64,000 nucleotides of DNA from Candidatus Poribacteria bacterium (GCA_026702755.1 JAPPBX010000112.1:15364-79363); one strand, 5' to 3'. Positions 47,717-58,489 are shown, numbered from the stretch's first letter. Notes: generated by a model not told the origin, from the letters alone. Translations and numbers: made by a program.

Positions 47717-49900
47717 ATGTCAGGGACCAACACCCACCTCATCGAACCGCAAGGAACAATTAAAATATTTCACAAAATTTCTGTTATCCTGCTGGTTTTT
47801 CTGGTGTTTGTCGGTTGTTCCCAACGTCGGGAATTGGCGGAGCAGCAGGCACCTTTTCACTTTCCCCCTTACACTCGTCATCTTAAGGATTTCAAAATTT
47901 GTCTGGATCCGGGACATGGCGGACAGGGACATGTTCCGAATTATAAACGCGGACCAACAGGCGTTCGCGAGGCGGAAGTGAATCTACGAGTCGCCCTTTA
48001 TCTACGCGAACTGTTACAAGAGATCGGGGCAAATGTCATTATGACGCGTGTTGATGATTCTTATGTGAGTCTGGCAATGCGAAGCCAGATTGCCAACGAG
48101 AGCGGTGCCGATTTTTTTATCTCGCTTCACCATAACGGAATTGATAATCCGAAAACGAACTATACTTCTACGTGGTATCACGGCGACGCGGACGATTCGC
48201 GCCAGAGTCTTGATCTTGCACGGTATATTCAGCTGGGTGTCTCGGACGCGCTGGAGCTGCCCACCTCTCCAGCAGCGGGACTTTATTCAGATAAGTTAAT
48301 AACTGCCTCTGGTTTCGGGGTTTTGCGAATGACCGAATGTCCAGCAGTTTTGTGTGAGGCATCTTTTCTCTCGAACCCAGAGGAGGAAGCGAGACTGCAG
48401 GAGGACGACTACCTCAGAAAGGAGGCGTACGGTTATTTTCTCGGTATTGCCCGTTATGTGGAAGGCGGGTTTCCGAGAGGTGTACTGGTAGAACCGCAAC
48501 ACGCCTCCGTCATTCAGACGAAAACACCGCTTCTCCAGATTCAAGTTAAGGATGGACTCCATGAACGGGGCGCGTGGATGCTCAAACGCCAACAGATATT
48601 CACCGACTCCATCCGCGTCAAAATTGATGGTGTGAGTGTCCCATATCACTATGATCGCGATACAGATCTGATTACTGTCGCCATTGAAAATCCGTTATCA
48701 AACGGGAAACATTTTGTCGAAACTGAGTTGGTGAACTATTACGGTAATCACAGTCTCCCTTCGCCACAATGGTTTAAGGTGGCACCGCCTGCAGTAATGT
48801 TGGATCTCGACGCGTGGGTAGATACGCTCCCTGCGGACGGGAAAAGTTACGTTGGTATCTCTGTAACCGCACGCGACGCTGAGGGAATGCCTATCGCTGA
48901 TGGTGAACCGATTCACGCTGAAACCTCAAACGGCACACTCGCTGCGACCCGTCAACTCTCAAAAGGTGGCACATCGTACTTCTATCTATATGCTCCTGAG
49001 ATACCCGGCACGGCAACAGTGAAAGCCTCTTATGGGGAGACAAGCGGATCGCTTACAATTCACTTTTCAGACATTGACCATGCGATTGTTCAAGGACAAG
49101 TTTCTGACGCAAACTCTGGGAGACCCCTTGAGAATGTACAATTACATGTGCCTCCACATTTGACCACATCCACAGATGCTGAGGGACATTTTTTCATCAT
49201 GACCGGTAGCGATCTGGAAAATCTGGGTGAGAAAGTGCTTCACATTTCTAAGTCGGGTTACTATCCCGACAAACGTGAGATTTATATCAAGACGAATCGG
49301 TCAATGGTTGTCCGTTCTGAACTTCATCCGATTGCAGACGGTGCGTTTGCTTCGACTGTCATCGTTCTTGACTCACAAAGTGATACGCCTACCACTGAAA
49401 AACTGATTGAAACGTTAGAGGAACTACTGAAACTCGCTGGGGCGAAGGTCTATAATATCCATAGCCCCGGACGAAGAATCTCTGTAGAGGAGCGAATAAA
49501 AACAGTTAACGCTATCGCGGATAGCGGATATTATTTACAGATTAATCATGGGCAGTGGACGAAGGGACAACCTGCATTGGTTGCAGCGCACTACCGAGGC
49601 AATCAAGGGACAGAAACATTTCTAAAAGAAATATTGAAACAATTCAACAACACACTCTTTGAAACACCTATTGTCACCGTCCAAGATAGAACAACGCCTG
49701 AAATCCAGCAGACGAACAAAATGGCGATGACGCTCGAAATCAGATCTTTGAATCATCCAAACGCTTCTGCTGTACAGGAGGCTTATGCAATCTTCTTCGG
49801 CGCGTGGACTCTCCTGAAAGGCGATGGAGAAATTGATGCCGAAAAACAGAAGCGTTTTATGGCATACCGAAAAGAAAAGCAAGCATATTCCCCTTATTAG
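47717..49900 (+). CDS. N-acetylmuramoyl-L-alanine amidase (Amidase_3 family) lipoprotein with long C-terminal extension (carboxypeptidase-regulatory-like/beta-sandwich domains)
   Basis: It has a lipobox (VFVGCSQ) and Amidase_3 motifs (ICLDPGHGG..., GADFFISLHHN). The start is the internal ATG; the upstream part of the ORF track's ORF is the R3 repeat element. Confidence 0.75.
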   Translation: MSGTNTHLIEPQGTIKIFHKISVILLVFLVFVGCSQRRELAEQQAPFHFPPYTRHLKDFKICLDPGHGGQGHVPNYKRGPTGVREAEVNLRVALYLRELLQEIGANVIMTRVDDSYVSLAMRSQIANESGADFFISLHHNGIDNPKTNYTSTWYHGDADDSRQSLDLARYIQLGVSDALELPTSPAAGLYSDKLITASGFGVLRMTECPAVLCEASFLSNPEEEARLQEDDYLRKEAYGYFLGIARYVEGGFPRGVLVEPQHASVIQTKTPLLQIQVKDGLHERGAWMLKRQQIFTDSIRVKIDGVSVPYHYDRDTDLITVAIENPLSNGKHFVETELVNYYGNHSLPSPQWFKVAPPAVMLDLDAWVDTLPADGKSYVGISVTARDAEGMPIADGEPIHAETSNGTLAATRQLSKGGTSYFYLYAPEIPGTATVKASYGETSGSLTIHFSDIDHAIVQGQVSDANSGRPLENVQLHVPPHLTTSTDAEGHFFIMTGSDLENLGEKVLHISKSGYYPDKREIYIKTNRSMVVRSELHPIADGAFASTVIVLDSQSDTPTTEKLIETLEELLKLAGAKVYNIHSPGRRISVEERIKTVNAIADSGYYLQINHGQWTKGQPALVAAHYRGNQGTETFLKEILKQFNNTLFETPIVTVQDRTTPEIQQTNKMAMTLEIRSLNHPNASAVQEAYAIFFGAWTLLKGDGEIDAEKQKRFMAYRKEKQAYSPY

Positions 49901-49999
49901 ACAGAAGTACGTAGCTTGGAACGAAGTGGAAAGCGGATCCACGGAAAGGCATGTCAAAAGAGCAATCTACCTGAACGAACCGCAAGGAAAATTAGGAAA

Positions 50000-50989
50000 A
50001 TGGACGTTAAAATCACAGAATTGCACCTCAAGGACCCCTTCAAGATCGCCCGCCGTGCGACAGACGCATCCCGACAGGTCGTCTCGGTAGAGATTGACGG
50101 TGGCATCGGTGAAACGGCACCCGCGCGATTTTATGGTGAAACCGCTGAGACAGTCAGTGTAGCATTGGAAATCCTTGCGCCCGCGATTTCTGGCGATCTG
50201 GATGCAATCCATGATGTGATGGAGACTCTTGAAACAACACTCGGCGGCAATTACGCAGCGAAATCCGCCATTGATATGGCACTCCACGATCGACTCGGTA
50301 AAAAGTTGGGTGTTCCGCTCTATCAACTTTGGGGACTCAATCGTCATAGAACCCCTTGTACATCTTTTACCATTGGACTTGATGAACCTGAAATGATGGC
50401 GGAGAAAACGAGACGCGCTGAGATGTATTCGATCCTGAAAGTTAAACTCGGCACACCTCGCGATATTGAGACAATTCAGAAACTTCGCGATGTGACAGAT
50501 AAACCTATTTACGTCGATGCAAATACGGCGTGGTCACCGAAAGAAGCGGTTGGTAAGATCAGAGAACTTGCTCAATATGGTGTGGAATTGATTGAACAAC
50601 CGACGAAACCTAATGATCTGGCAGGACTCAAGTTTGTCCGCGAACATTCAGAATTACCGATTATTGCCGATGAGAGCGTCAAACGCGCAAGCGATATACC
50701 GACTCTCGCTGAATGTGTTGACGGTATCAATATCAAACTCGTCAAGTGTGGTGGATTGCTTGAAGCGCGCCGGATGATAAGTGTCGCTCGTACACACGGC
50801 TTATCTGTTATGTTGGGGTGTATGATAGAGAGTTCGCTCGGTATCACCGCAGCTGCACACCTGACACCACTCGTAGACTATGCCGATCTGGATGGTCATC
50901 TGCTTATTGCCAACGATCCATACACCGGTGTAACTCTTGATGAAGGTAAATTGATACTACCAAAACGCCCCGGTATCGGGGTTGTATGA
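50000..50989 (+). CDS. enolase-superfamily (MR/MLE) enzyme, L-Ala-D/L-Glu epimerase-like
   Basis: It has MR/MLE features: KVKLG (Lys acid/base), metal-binding ligands DANTAWS / IEQP / IADES, and a C-terminal KLVKCGG. The amidase context suggests murein peptide recycling. Start is assigned to MDVKITELHL, which is preceded by AGGAAAATTAGGAAA. Confidence 0.7.
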   Translation: MDVKITELHLKDPFKIARRATDASRQVVSVEIDGGIGETAPARFYGETAETVSVALEILAPAISGDLDAIHDVMETLETTLGGNYAAKSAIDMALHDRLGKKLGVPLYQLWGLNRHRTPCTSFTIGLDEPEMMAEKTRRAEMYSILKVKLGTPRDIETIQKLRDVTDKPIYVDANTAWSPKEAVGKIRELAQYGVELIEQPTKPNDLAGLKFVREHSELPIIADESVKRASDIPTLAECVDGINIKLVKCGGLLEARRMISVARTHGLSVMLGCMIESSLGITAAAHLTPLVDYADLDGHLLIANDPYTGVTLDEGKLILPKRPGIGVV

Positions 50990-51047
50990 AATGTTTTCAT
51001 TCAAACCTTTATATACATAACTACTAACCAAATGGAGAAATTTTAAA

Positions 51048-51761
51048 ATGACAAAACAGAACCGTAATGTCCTTATCACCGGCGGCACCGGTATATTAGG
51101 AAGTGCCGGCACCAAAGCCTATATCGCCCAAGGCGATAACGTTGCTGTCACGTATCTGTTTGAGAACGAAGTTGAGAATTTCAAAAAGCTCAATCCAGAC
51201 CTTTTTGAAGATGTCACCTTCCTATTTGCGAACGTTACCGAGGAAACCGAAGTTCAGAAAACCGTTCAGGAATTCATATCCCAATTTGGTTCGTTGGATG
51301 TCCTGGTGAACATTGTTGGAGGGTTTGTCGGTGGGATCCCAACTGCGGAGCTTGAAGAGGATAGATGGGATTTCATGATGAACCTCAACCTTAAGTCGGT
51401 TTTCCTCTGCTGTAAGACGGCAATTCCGCACATGACCGCGCAGGGTTACGGGAAGATCATTAACGTCTCTGCGCGCGCTGGCTTAAAAGGAGAGGCGGGA
51501 TTGAGTGCTTACTGTGTCTCTAAAGGTGGTGTACGTACTTTAACCGAGTCATTGGCTGCAGAGGTGATGGATTCGGGAGTGAACGTCAACGCCATTATGC
51601 CGAGCGTTATGGATACACCTGCTAACCGAGAATCTATGCCGGACGAGGACCATGACCGATGGGTAGCCCCTGCCGATGTAGCGAAGGTGATATGCTTCCT
51701 CACTTCCGACGATGCAACTATCATCAACGGCGCTGCTATCCCTGTTTACGGCAGAGCCTAA
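51048..51761 (+). CDS. short-chain dehydrogenase/reductase (SDR)
   Basis: It has a TGGTGILG Rossmann motif and the catalytic YxxxK (YCVSKGG). Confidence 0.8.
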   Translation: MTKQNRNVLITGGTGILGSAGTKAYIAQGDNVAVTYLFENEVENFKKLNPDLFEDVTFLFANVTEETEVQKTVQEFISQFGSLDVLVNIVGGFVGGIPTAELEEDRWDFMMNLNLKSVFLCCKTAIPHMTAQGYGKIINVSARAGLKGEAGLSAYCVSKGGVRTLTESLAAEVMDSGVNVNAIMPSVMDTPANRESMPDEDHDRWVAPADVAKVICFLTSDDATIINGAAIPVYGRA

Positions 51762-52055
51762 TTTACTGACCTCTTGCACGGGCGGGCATTGTCGTCCGCC
51801 CACTTTCCTTAAAGCGCAATTCACTCTTATCCAACCTACGCAACCCTATCTATTTATCCCTCGCCATCCTGTCCCATTTTGTGCAGGGCACGAATCGATT
51901 TGCACGATTTTGTGCAGTTTATCTCCGTCCTTCCTCCAAATTCGCCTATATCGGTCGTCTCAGAGAATGGCACGCAAATTGCTTATGTCCTATACAAGAC
52001 TCGTAGAGTATGGTGAAACTTTCATATCACTAAGAACTTTTTGGAGGTATAAGAA

Positions 52056-53837
52056 ATGCGTATCAAAAGACTTTCAGGTGCACTCGTGGTCTCAGTCGTG
52101 TGTCACATCGTTGTTGTTATTATTACCGGTTTCCATTTGGTAGCACAAGACCGTCAGTTCAAAGAACTTCTTGGGGCAGAATTTATTTTATTTTCAGAAG
52201 CACCGAAACCGAAAGTGCGTAAACCGGTTATCGAATCTGTGATTAAATCAACTGCTCCGTTGCAGAACCCAAATGCTCCAAACACACCAACCGCTAATGG
52301 CATTATGTTTGAAAGACCACCTGGGTTAGCAATGGTTCAACAGGTCGGTGCAGCACGAGACCAAACTGTTGAAAACAGGAGACTCAGTGGTGTTAAAGTA
52401 CCGAAACAACATCCTCAGATATTAATGCCTCCAAACGGCACTGTCTATGATGATGTCTTCTTTAAAGGTGCCGGCACCAATCCGTTCATTGATACAGAAG
52501 ATGACGCGTTTTCGACGTTTGGCATGGATGTAGATACCGCTTCATATTCCGTCATGCGGCGTTACCTCCGAGACGGTTACCTCCCACCCCCAGAAGCGGT
52601 CCGCGTTGAAGAATTCGTCAACGCCTTCGATTACAATTACACACCGCCGGCAGACGAGGCATTCGCTGTTCATCTTGAGGGCGCGCCTTCAAAGTTTGGC
52701 GAAGGGAAGCGGCTTCAATTGCTGCGAATCGGCATCCAAGGGCGCGTTATTTCTGACACTGACCGAAAGGATGCGATACTTACCTTCGTGATTGATGTCT
52801 CTGGTTCAATGTCTCGGGAAAATCGATTAGAATTGGTAAAAAAAGCATTGACACTTCTGCTTGAACAGCTCCGTCCCAATGACAAAGTGGGCATTGTCGT
52901 TTACGGCTCCAATGCTCGGGTGGTGCTACCTCATACCGGCATTGTGAATCGAGAACACATCTTAACCGCAATCCGTGCGCTTGCTCCAGAAGGGGCAACG
53001 AACGCAGAGGCAGGACTCCGAATGGGATATAAACTTGCCCTCCAGAATTCAAAACCAGATTGCATTAACCGCGTGATTCTGTGTTCAGATGGTGTAGCGA
53101 ATGTCGGACAAACCGGTTCCGATGCGATTCTCAAAGAAATTCGCACTTACGTTAAAGAAGGCGTAACGCTGACAACAGTCGGTTTCGGCATGGGGAATTA
53201 CAACGATATTCTTATGGAACAACTTGCCAACAAGGGAAATGGTAGTTATGCCTATGTTGATACACTGAACGAGGCGAAACGTGTTTTTGTGGAGAATCTG
53301 ACTGGCACGCTACAAGTCATTGCGAAAGACGCTAAAATCCAAGTTGAGTTCAACCCGGAAACCGTCAGTCGATTTCGGCTGCTGGGGTATGAAAACCGAC
53401 GGCTCGCGCATGAAGATTTTCGCAATGACACTGTAGACGCTGGCGAGGTCGGTGCAGGACATAGTGTCACCGCGCTCTATGAAATTAAGATTCACGAAGA
53501 TGCTAACGGCAAACTCGCGACGGTCTCCATTCGGCATGAAAACCCGGACACAGGGAATGTAACAGAGGTAAACAGGTCAATCTCTACGGATGGGTTGAAG
53601 GGTTCATTTGAAGAGGCAACCCCTGCATTCCAACTGGTTGCTTCTGTTGCTGAGTTCGCCGAAATCTTGCGAGGCAGCTTCTGGGCACAAGATGGGAATT
53701 TAGAAAGTGTGCGCGAGACGCTTGAAGGGGTCTTACCGCATATCCATGCGAAAACTCGGGAACACAGCGAGAGGAACGAAGAGTTACTGAGTCTTGTACG
53801 TAAAGCGCAACGCTTTAAAGAGCAAAAAGCACTATAG
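52056..53837 (+). CDS. von Willebrand factor type A (vWA) domain protein, YfbK-like, N-terminal TM anchor
   Basis: It has a TM helix (ALVVSVVCHIVVVIITGF). A vWA MIDAS motif (VIDVSGSM) and vWA core (VGIVVYGSNARVV..RALAPEGATNAEAGL..VILCSDGVANVG) follow. Confidence 0.75.
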   Translation: MRIKRLSGALVVSVVCHIVVVIITGFHLVAQDRQFKELLGAEFILFSEAPKPKVRKPVIESVIKSTAPLQNPNAPNTPTANGIMFERPPGLAMVQQVGAARDQTVENRRLSGVKVPKQHPQILMPPNGTVYDDVFFKGAGTNPFIDTEDDAFSTFGMDVDTASYSVMRRYLRDGYLPPPEAVRVEEFVNAFDYNYTPPADEAFAVHLEGAPSKFGEGKRLQLLRIGIQGRVISDTDRKDAILTFVIDVSGSMSRENRLELVKKALTLLLEQLRPNDKVGIVVYGSNARVVLPHTGIVNREHILTAIRALAPEGATNAEAGLRMGYKLALQNSKPDCINRVILCSDGVANVGQTGSDAILKEIRTYVKEGVTLTTVGFGMGNYNDILMEQLANKGNGSYAYVDTLNEAKRVFVENLTGTLQVIAKDAKIQVEFNPETVSRFRLLGYENRRLAHEDFRNDTVDAGEVGAGHSVTALYEIKIHEDANGKLATVSIRHENPDTGNVTEVNRSISTDGLKGSFEEATPAFQLVASVAEFAEILRGSFWAQDGNLESVRETLEGVLPHIHAKTREHSERNEELLSLVRKAQRFKEQKAL

Positions 53838-53869
53838 CATTTTTCGACAGAGCCACTCAGTTGTTTTTA

Positions 53870-55252
53870 TTAACGAAACGGTTTTTTCAGTTGCGTCTGC
53901 ATAAGTCGCTCCAAGATTTGCAGGCGTAACACCGTTTCAACATCCGCCACTTCAGGTATACCGGCGAGATTCTGTGTTTCATCCGGGTCGTTCTGCACAT
54001 CAAACAAGAGATAGACTTCACCCTCGGCGTTGAGAGCAGCCTTCCACTCCTGATTTAGGAGCATAATCTCACCCTCTATCTCTGAAATTGCAAATTCACG
54101 ATGTGTCGTTTCCGGTTGCGTGAGAACTGGACACAACGATTTTCCGAATTGACTGTGCTCTAATTCGCCTCCCACCAATTCAACGAGCGTTGGACCGATA
54201 TCGATCCATTCTACCGGACTCTCGCAGATACTTCCGGCGTTTGTGCTGTCAGGGGTTCGCACGAGCAACGGGATTCGGACTGCGCCGTTCAGAAAATTGC
54301 TTTTATAGATGAGTCCGTAATCACCGTTCATTTCACCGTGGTCGGAGGTGTGGACAATGATTGTGTTTCCAAGTTCGCCGCGTGCCTCAATTGTGTCAAG
54401 AATCTCGCCAATCTGTGTGTCAATGAGCGTGACGTTGCCTGCGTAATTCGCGCGGAGTCTCCCGATCTCACCGGGTTCAAACGTTGGATTCACCCGCTGC
54501 ATCAGTCGATCTAAATGTCCACGTGGACGCTCTCCGGCAGGTGGACGCGATATGGCTGGCGGCATATTCTCTGGGTCATACATGCTGGCATACGGTTCGG
54601 GGGTATCCCACGGCTCATGTGGTCCACCGAAACTGACCCAACAGCACCAAGGTTCCTCTCGATCATAGTTCTGGAGGTATTGCTTTGCCTGCTGTCCGAC
54701 ATAGACATCGGCGTAATTTTCAAATCCCAACGTTGACGGACGGACAAGATGCGGTTTCGTGCTGAACCTTTCGCGATAATCGGCGCGATAGGCATCCCAA
54801 AGTCCTTTCGCCTCCCATTCCGCCGTCATGTGTGACAACACATTCGCACTTGCCCTCGGTCCACCGATTTCGTTCACATCGTCTAATCCATAAGCGTTCA
54901 TCAATCCTTCGCGTTCACGTAAGTCCCCGTTATGTGGGTGGAGATGCGTCTTACCGAAAAGGCTCGTCCGATAGCCAGCCTCGCGCACAGCTTGCATCCA
55001 TGTGGACGTTTCAGGAGGCATCTGATGGTTCATGTTGTTCCAGACATGGGTGTTGTGGGGATACAAACCTGTTGCCAAACTGAGCCGCGTTGGGATACAG
55101 ACCGGAGATGTTGTGACGCAGTTGGTGAATCGGACACCTTCACTTGCGATACGATCCAGATGTGGTGTCTGCACCCAACCACCGCTGCAGCCCATCGCAT
55201 CCCACCGCTGCTGATCCGTCATCAGGAAAAGAATGTTTGGGGTACTCATCAC
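53870..55252 (-). CDS. sulfatase (arylsulfatase family)
   Basis: It begins PNILFLMTDQQRWDAMG. The formylglycine motif context is present (CIPTRLSLATG) together with metal-binding Asp/His residues. Confidence 0.85.
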   Translation of the reverse strand: MMSTPNILFLMTDQQRWDAMGCSGGWVQTPHLDRIASEGVRFTNCVTTSPVCIPTRLSLATGLYPHNTHVWNNMNHQMPPETSTWMQAVREAGYRTSLFGKTHLHPHNGDLREREGLMNAYGLDDVNEIGGPRASANVLSHMTAEWEAKGLWDAYRADYRERFSTKPHLVRPSTLGFENYADVYVGQQAKQYLQNYDREEPWCCWVSFGGPHEPWDTPEPYASMYDPENMPPAISRPPAGERPRGHLDRLMQRVNPTFEPGEIGRLRANYAGNVTLIDTQIGEILDTIEARGELGNTIIVHTSDHGEMNGDYGLIYKSNFLNGAVRIPLLVRTPDSTNAGSICESPVEWIDIGPTLVELVGGELEHSQFGKSLCPVLTQPETTHREFAISEIEGEIMLLNQEWKAALNAEGEVYLLFDVQNDPDETQNLAGIPEVADVETVLRLQILERLMQTQLKKPFR

Positions 55253-56094
55253 TATCCTCGTTCAATTCCGGCTTCCGTGAAGGCGTTTGACAGTGTTTGA
55301 TATGAGAGTGTGGCAGCAGCGAGCGGATCATAGTTTTCTCGTGCCTGCACCATAAAGCTCACTTCGGCAGTGATGAATCCGTCATAGCCGTGTGCTTGCA
55401 TCCGTTTGAGGTAGTCAACATAATCGAAAGGGCCTTCGCCGGGGATGAGGAATTCGTGGTCAGGTGCAGTGCCGCGCTGGTCCTTAACGTGTGTATGTGC
55501 TGATACCGCTGCTAACGCCGCCACCGTTTCTTCCGTCGGCATACCCACAATATCAAAATGGCTGATGTCGAAGTTGACTTTGAGATACGGTGAATTGACG
55601 ATTTCCAAGAGTTCAAGCACTTTTGCAGGTGTGTCGATGATTGCACCGATATGCGGTTCCATGGCAATAGTAACACCGCGTGATGCCCCGTAATCGACGA
55701 GTTCACCGACCCGTTCTGCAAGGAAATCTTTCTTGGTTTCCCATTCTTCCGGTTTTCCGCCTGGAGTCGTATTGACCGCGGGCGGTTCATCACCTTGTGC
55801 AAGTTCGACGGCGAGATCAACACCACCTTTTAATCGCCACATGTTTTTGGCGTGTGCGTCCGGATCTATTTCCAATAGACTGGAGTGTGCCGCGATTGCC
55901 GGTAGTGCTAAGTCGTGCTGCTCCAATAGAGATGCTATCCGTTTCCGTTCTGCAGCGTCAAGCGTGCTGAGTTCGGTCGTGAAGCGTGGAATGATGGTGA
56001 GTTCAACGCCATCGTATCCAAGTTCCGCGAGATGGGAGATGGCAGTGTCTATAGGAACGGTGGGCATCCCCCATGTGCTATATCCGAGTTTCAT
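55252..56094 (-). CDS. sugar phosphate isomerase/epimerase (xylose-isomerase-like TIM barrel)
   Basis: MKLGYSTWGMP...LAELGYDGVELT is typical of AP endonuclease 2/xylose isomerase-like TIM-barrel proteins. Confidence 0.75.
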   Translation of the reverse strand: MKLGYSTWGMPTVPIDTAISHLAELGYDGVELTIIPRFTTELSTLDAAERKRIASLLEQHDLALPAIAAHSSLLEIDPDAHAKNMWRLKGGVDLAVELAQGDEPPAVNTTPGGKPEEWETKKDFLAERVGELVDYGASRGVTIAMEPHIGAIIDTPAKVLELLEIVNSPYLKVNFDISHFDIVGMPTEETVAALAAVSAHTHVKDQRGTAPDHEFLIPGEGPFDYVDYLKRMQAHGYDGFITAEVSFMVQARENYDPLAAATLSYQTLSNAFTEAGIERG

Positions 56095-56286
56095 CTTTTT
56101 AATTTTCCTTGCGGTTAAATGATGTGGATTTGAACTTTAGCATCCTTTTTTTAAGTTCGCCCTCTACTACGTTACGGGCTACAGATTTTGTAGTACTATG
56201 AAAAAGATTTCACGATGGTTTTTAGCGAAGCTCACGTCCAACTCTAAGAGGAACGTCTGATCCACCAAAAATCTGTGAAAAATGAA

Positions 56287-56312
56287 ATTATGCCTTAAAT
56301 GGCATAATTTGT
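56287..56312. terminator. AT-rich perfect 10-bp-arm hairpin (AAATTATGCC-ttaaat-GGCATAATTT); possible terminator/operator downstream of the minus-strand membrane-protein operon
   Basis: On the minus strand the hairpin is followed by CAUUUUUCAC. The stem is AT-rich, hence low confidence. Confidence 0.3.
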
Positions 56313-56362
56313 CTTTGCTTTATACTTGGAGCACAAGGCATAAATCTAATAGTTAAAAGATG

Positions 56363-57037
56363 TCAAAAAATTGCGCTGAGCCAAGTGTTTAGCAAGAAGT
56401 CAACACGTTGAATGAGGAGCGCAACACGACCCATAACGGTGTTCCCGAATGCAGCACCGAACCCGATCATGAGAAAGGCGATACCGACCTTTGAAAGCCA
56501 TTTGACAGGACCTCGGTGTTCAACAGAGAAGAAGAAATAGGTGAGTGTACAAACAACCCCAGCAAGCATGAGTCCTGCCTCAAGAATGCCCCAGCCAGTG
56601 ACGGTCCCAGCATGGATGCCCCCAAAAGGTTCAACCGTTCCGCGTGTCTGCGCGAAAATAAATGTCTGTAACATCAGTGGAATGGAGATTCCTGATCCAA
56701 ACCCGACAAGAACAGCACTCGGATAGCGAATCAGCCATGTGTGCCGCGGAGACAAACCACCAAAGAACAAAAGCCCCAGTGCTATTGGAATCAATTTTAT
56801 CAATCCTATCCAGCCGGCTTCTCGAGGGATTCCTGGCCAGAAAGGTTTAACCGCCGCCCAAAATGGCTCCCAAGCAAATGGGATAAAGCCTTGGTGAATG
56901 TAAATAACGATGTAGTATCCAACTGATATTCCTATAAAAAGATATTCAGCAAACCGATAGAATGGATTATCTCGATAAAGGAAACTGTAAATGGACAACG
57001 TCAAAAACGCCGCGAGCCAGATGCCAAAAATTTCCAT
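56363..57037 (-). CDS. polytopic membrane protein (about 6 TM), unknown function; last gene of a 4-gene minus-strand operon
   Basis: It is hydrophobic throughout. Start is assigned to MEIFGIW, preceded by AGGAGTAAATTT, only 4 nt after the stop of the upstream gene. Confidence 0.45.
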   Translation of the reverse strand: MEIFGIWLAAFLTLSIYSFLYRDNPFYRFAEYLFIGISVGYYIVIYIHQGFIPFAWEPFWAAVKPFWPGIPREAGWIGLIKLIPIALGLLFFGGLSPRHTWLIRYPSAVLVGFGSGISIPLMLQTFIFAQTRGTVEPFGGIHAGTVTGWGILEAGLMLAGVVCTLTYFFFSVEHRGPVKWLSKVGIAFLMIGFGAAFGNTVMGRVALLIQRVDFLLNTWLSAIF

Positions 57038-57041
57038 AAAT

Positions 57042-57857
57042 TTACTCCTCTTGCCGGTTCCGAATGAAGAATGTGATATTACCAAGAATGACTAAACCGA
57101 CAATCAATAGATGCACAAACGATTCAATATTAATCCACTGCATTCCTTTTGCCGGAGCATCTATGAGGCGTTCATACTCAGCAGCTCCCGCAATACCTGC
57201 TATTAAGCCTACCAATTGTCCGGTTTGCAGGAACGGATACATCTGCGCTATAATAACCCCGGTGACACCTGCAGCGACTTGTAAATTGTATTGTGTGTTC
57301 GCATAATTGATCCATTGCTCTGTGGTGCTGCCAGAAGCGAAGTCCACCAGAAGAGAGATTTGGTCGTAGTTTGTGATGTTTTCCATTATCGGAATTTCAG
57401 CAAGTGCTGTTCCGTTGTAGTCACTTTCAAAAACATCGGCGATATTGGTTCCCATTCCAAGCATAACCAGTACACCTCCGGGTCGGTAGCCCAGGAAAAC
57501 ATAATCTTCGCCAGCCGTGGCTCCGCTCTCTTGGGCAATTTCTTCCATCAGTGTATTTGCTAAGGTGGGCCCATCGGGAGCTAATGTGACACCAATAACA
57601 CGGACACCTTTATCAAAGCACTGTTTGAGGACGGCCCTCCCCATCGGATGGAGTTCCGGTAGACCTGCAGGCCCATAATCAAATGCAATCATGATGGTTG
57701 AATCTGCTTCTAAATTATCAATATAATCGTAGAGCTGCTGTGTGGGTTCAGAGACCGAAATGGGTAAATTCACCTGTAGTTTCGTCGGGATGATAACTGC
57801 AAGGGCAACGAGAATAAAGACCACTCGCCTGTCCATGTTCATCAATTTATCAAGCAT
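57042..57857 (-). CDS. membrane-anchored protein with N-terminal signal-anchor, large extracytoplasmic domain and C-terminal TM helix; unknown function
   Basis: It begins MLDKLMNMDRRVVFILVALAVIIPT... and ends LLIVGLVILGNITFFIRNRQEE. No recognisable motif is found. Confidence 0.45.
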   Translation of the reverse strand: MLDKLMNMDRRVVFILVALAVIIPTKLQVNLPISVSEPTQQLYDYIDNLEADSTIMIAFDYGPAGLPELHPMGRAVLKQCFDKGVRVIGVTLAPDGPTLANTLMEEIAQESGATAGEDYVFLGYRPGGVLVMLGMGTNIADVFESDYNGTALAEIPIMENITNYDQISLLVDFASGSTTEQWINYANTQYNLQVAAGVTGVIIAQMYPFLQTGQLVGLIAGIAGAAEYERLIDAPAKGMQWINIESFVHLLIVGLVILGNITFFIRNRQEE

Positions 57858-57860
57858 CTG

Positions 57861-58481
57861 TTAATCTCCTCCCCCTAAGTACGAGCGTTCAATTCCGAGT
57901 ATAATTCGGATGGATTGCGAAATTACACCTAAACTCACTCCGAGTATAATTCCCCGCCTTGCTGAAAGGTTCGGGTTATTTAAGATCCACTGTTTCATAC
58001 TTGATGTCTCACTCCAAATTAAGTCTCCAACTGGGACATTCCCCAGCATGACAATAATCGCAGTGACAAGGAGTAGGGTCGCCTCAAATGAGCGAGCACG
58101 AAATGCTCGATATGCCGCCGATGCAATAAAGAAGGCTAAGAGTGAAAACATAGTGGCCTCCATCGGCACTTGAACGTTGTTGAATAACCATTCAAACACA
58201 GAATGCTGCGGTCCAAAGGGTACCCCTATGACAACCATTATGATAATGCCGACGAAAACAATAAAACTGTATCGCCAATACTCTGTACGCCGACGAATAC
58301 GTGTCACATGCGCGCGGATAAGTGTCACTGTCGCCAAGACCAATGCGAAAGGCGTAATAATGAGTACCCAACTATTCACCTCTTCGTAAAAGAATTGAGA
58401 ATAGGGGTGTGGACTAAATCGGGTCAGAATTGTCGCAACGCCAAAAAGAAAACAGAGCACTAAAGGTACTTGTCTTTTCAT
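57861..58481 (-). CDS. polytopic membrane protein (about 6 TM), unknown function
   Basis: Start is assigned to MKRQVPLVLCF, preceded by GGGGGA. It is separated by 3 nt from the next gene downstream. Confidence 0.45.
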   Translation of the reverse strand: MKRQVPLVLCFLFGVATILTRFSPHPYSQFFYEEVNSWVLIITPFALVLATVTLIRAHVTRIRRRTEYWRYSFIVFVGIIIMVVIGVPFGPQHSVFEWLFNNVQVPMEATMFSLLAFFIASAAYRAFRARSFEATLLLVTAIIVMLGNVPVGDLIWSETSSMKQWILNNPNLSARRGIILGVSLGVISQSIRIILGIERSYLGGGD

Positions 58482-58489
58482 AAATCCCC

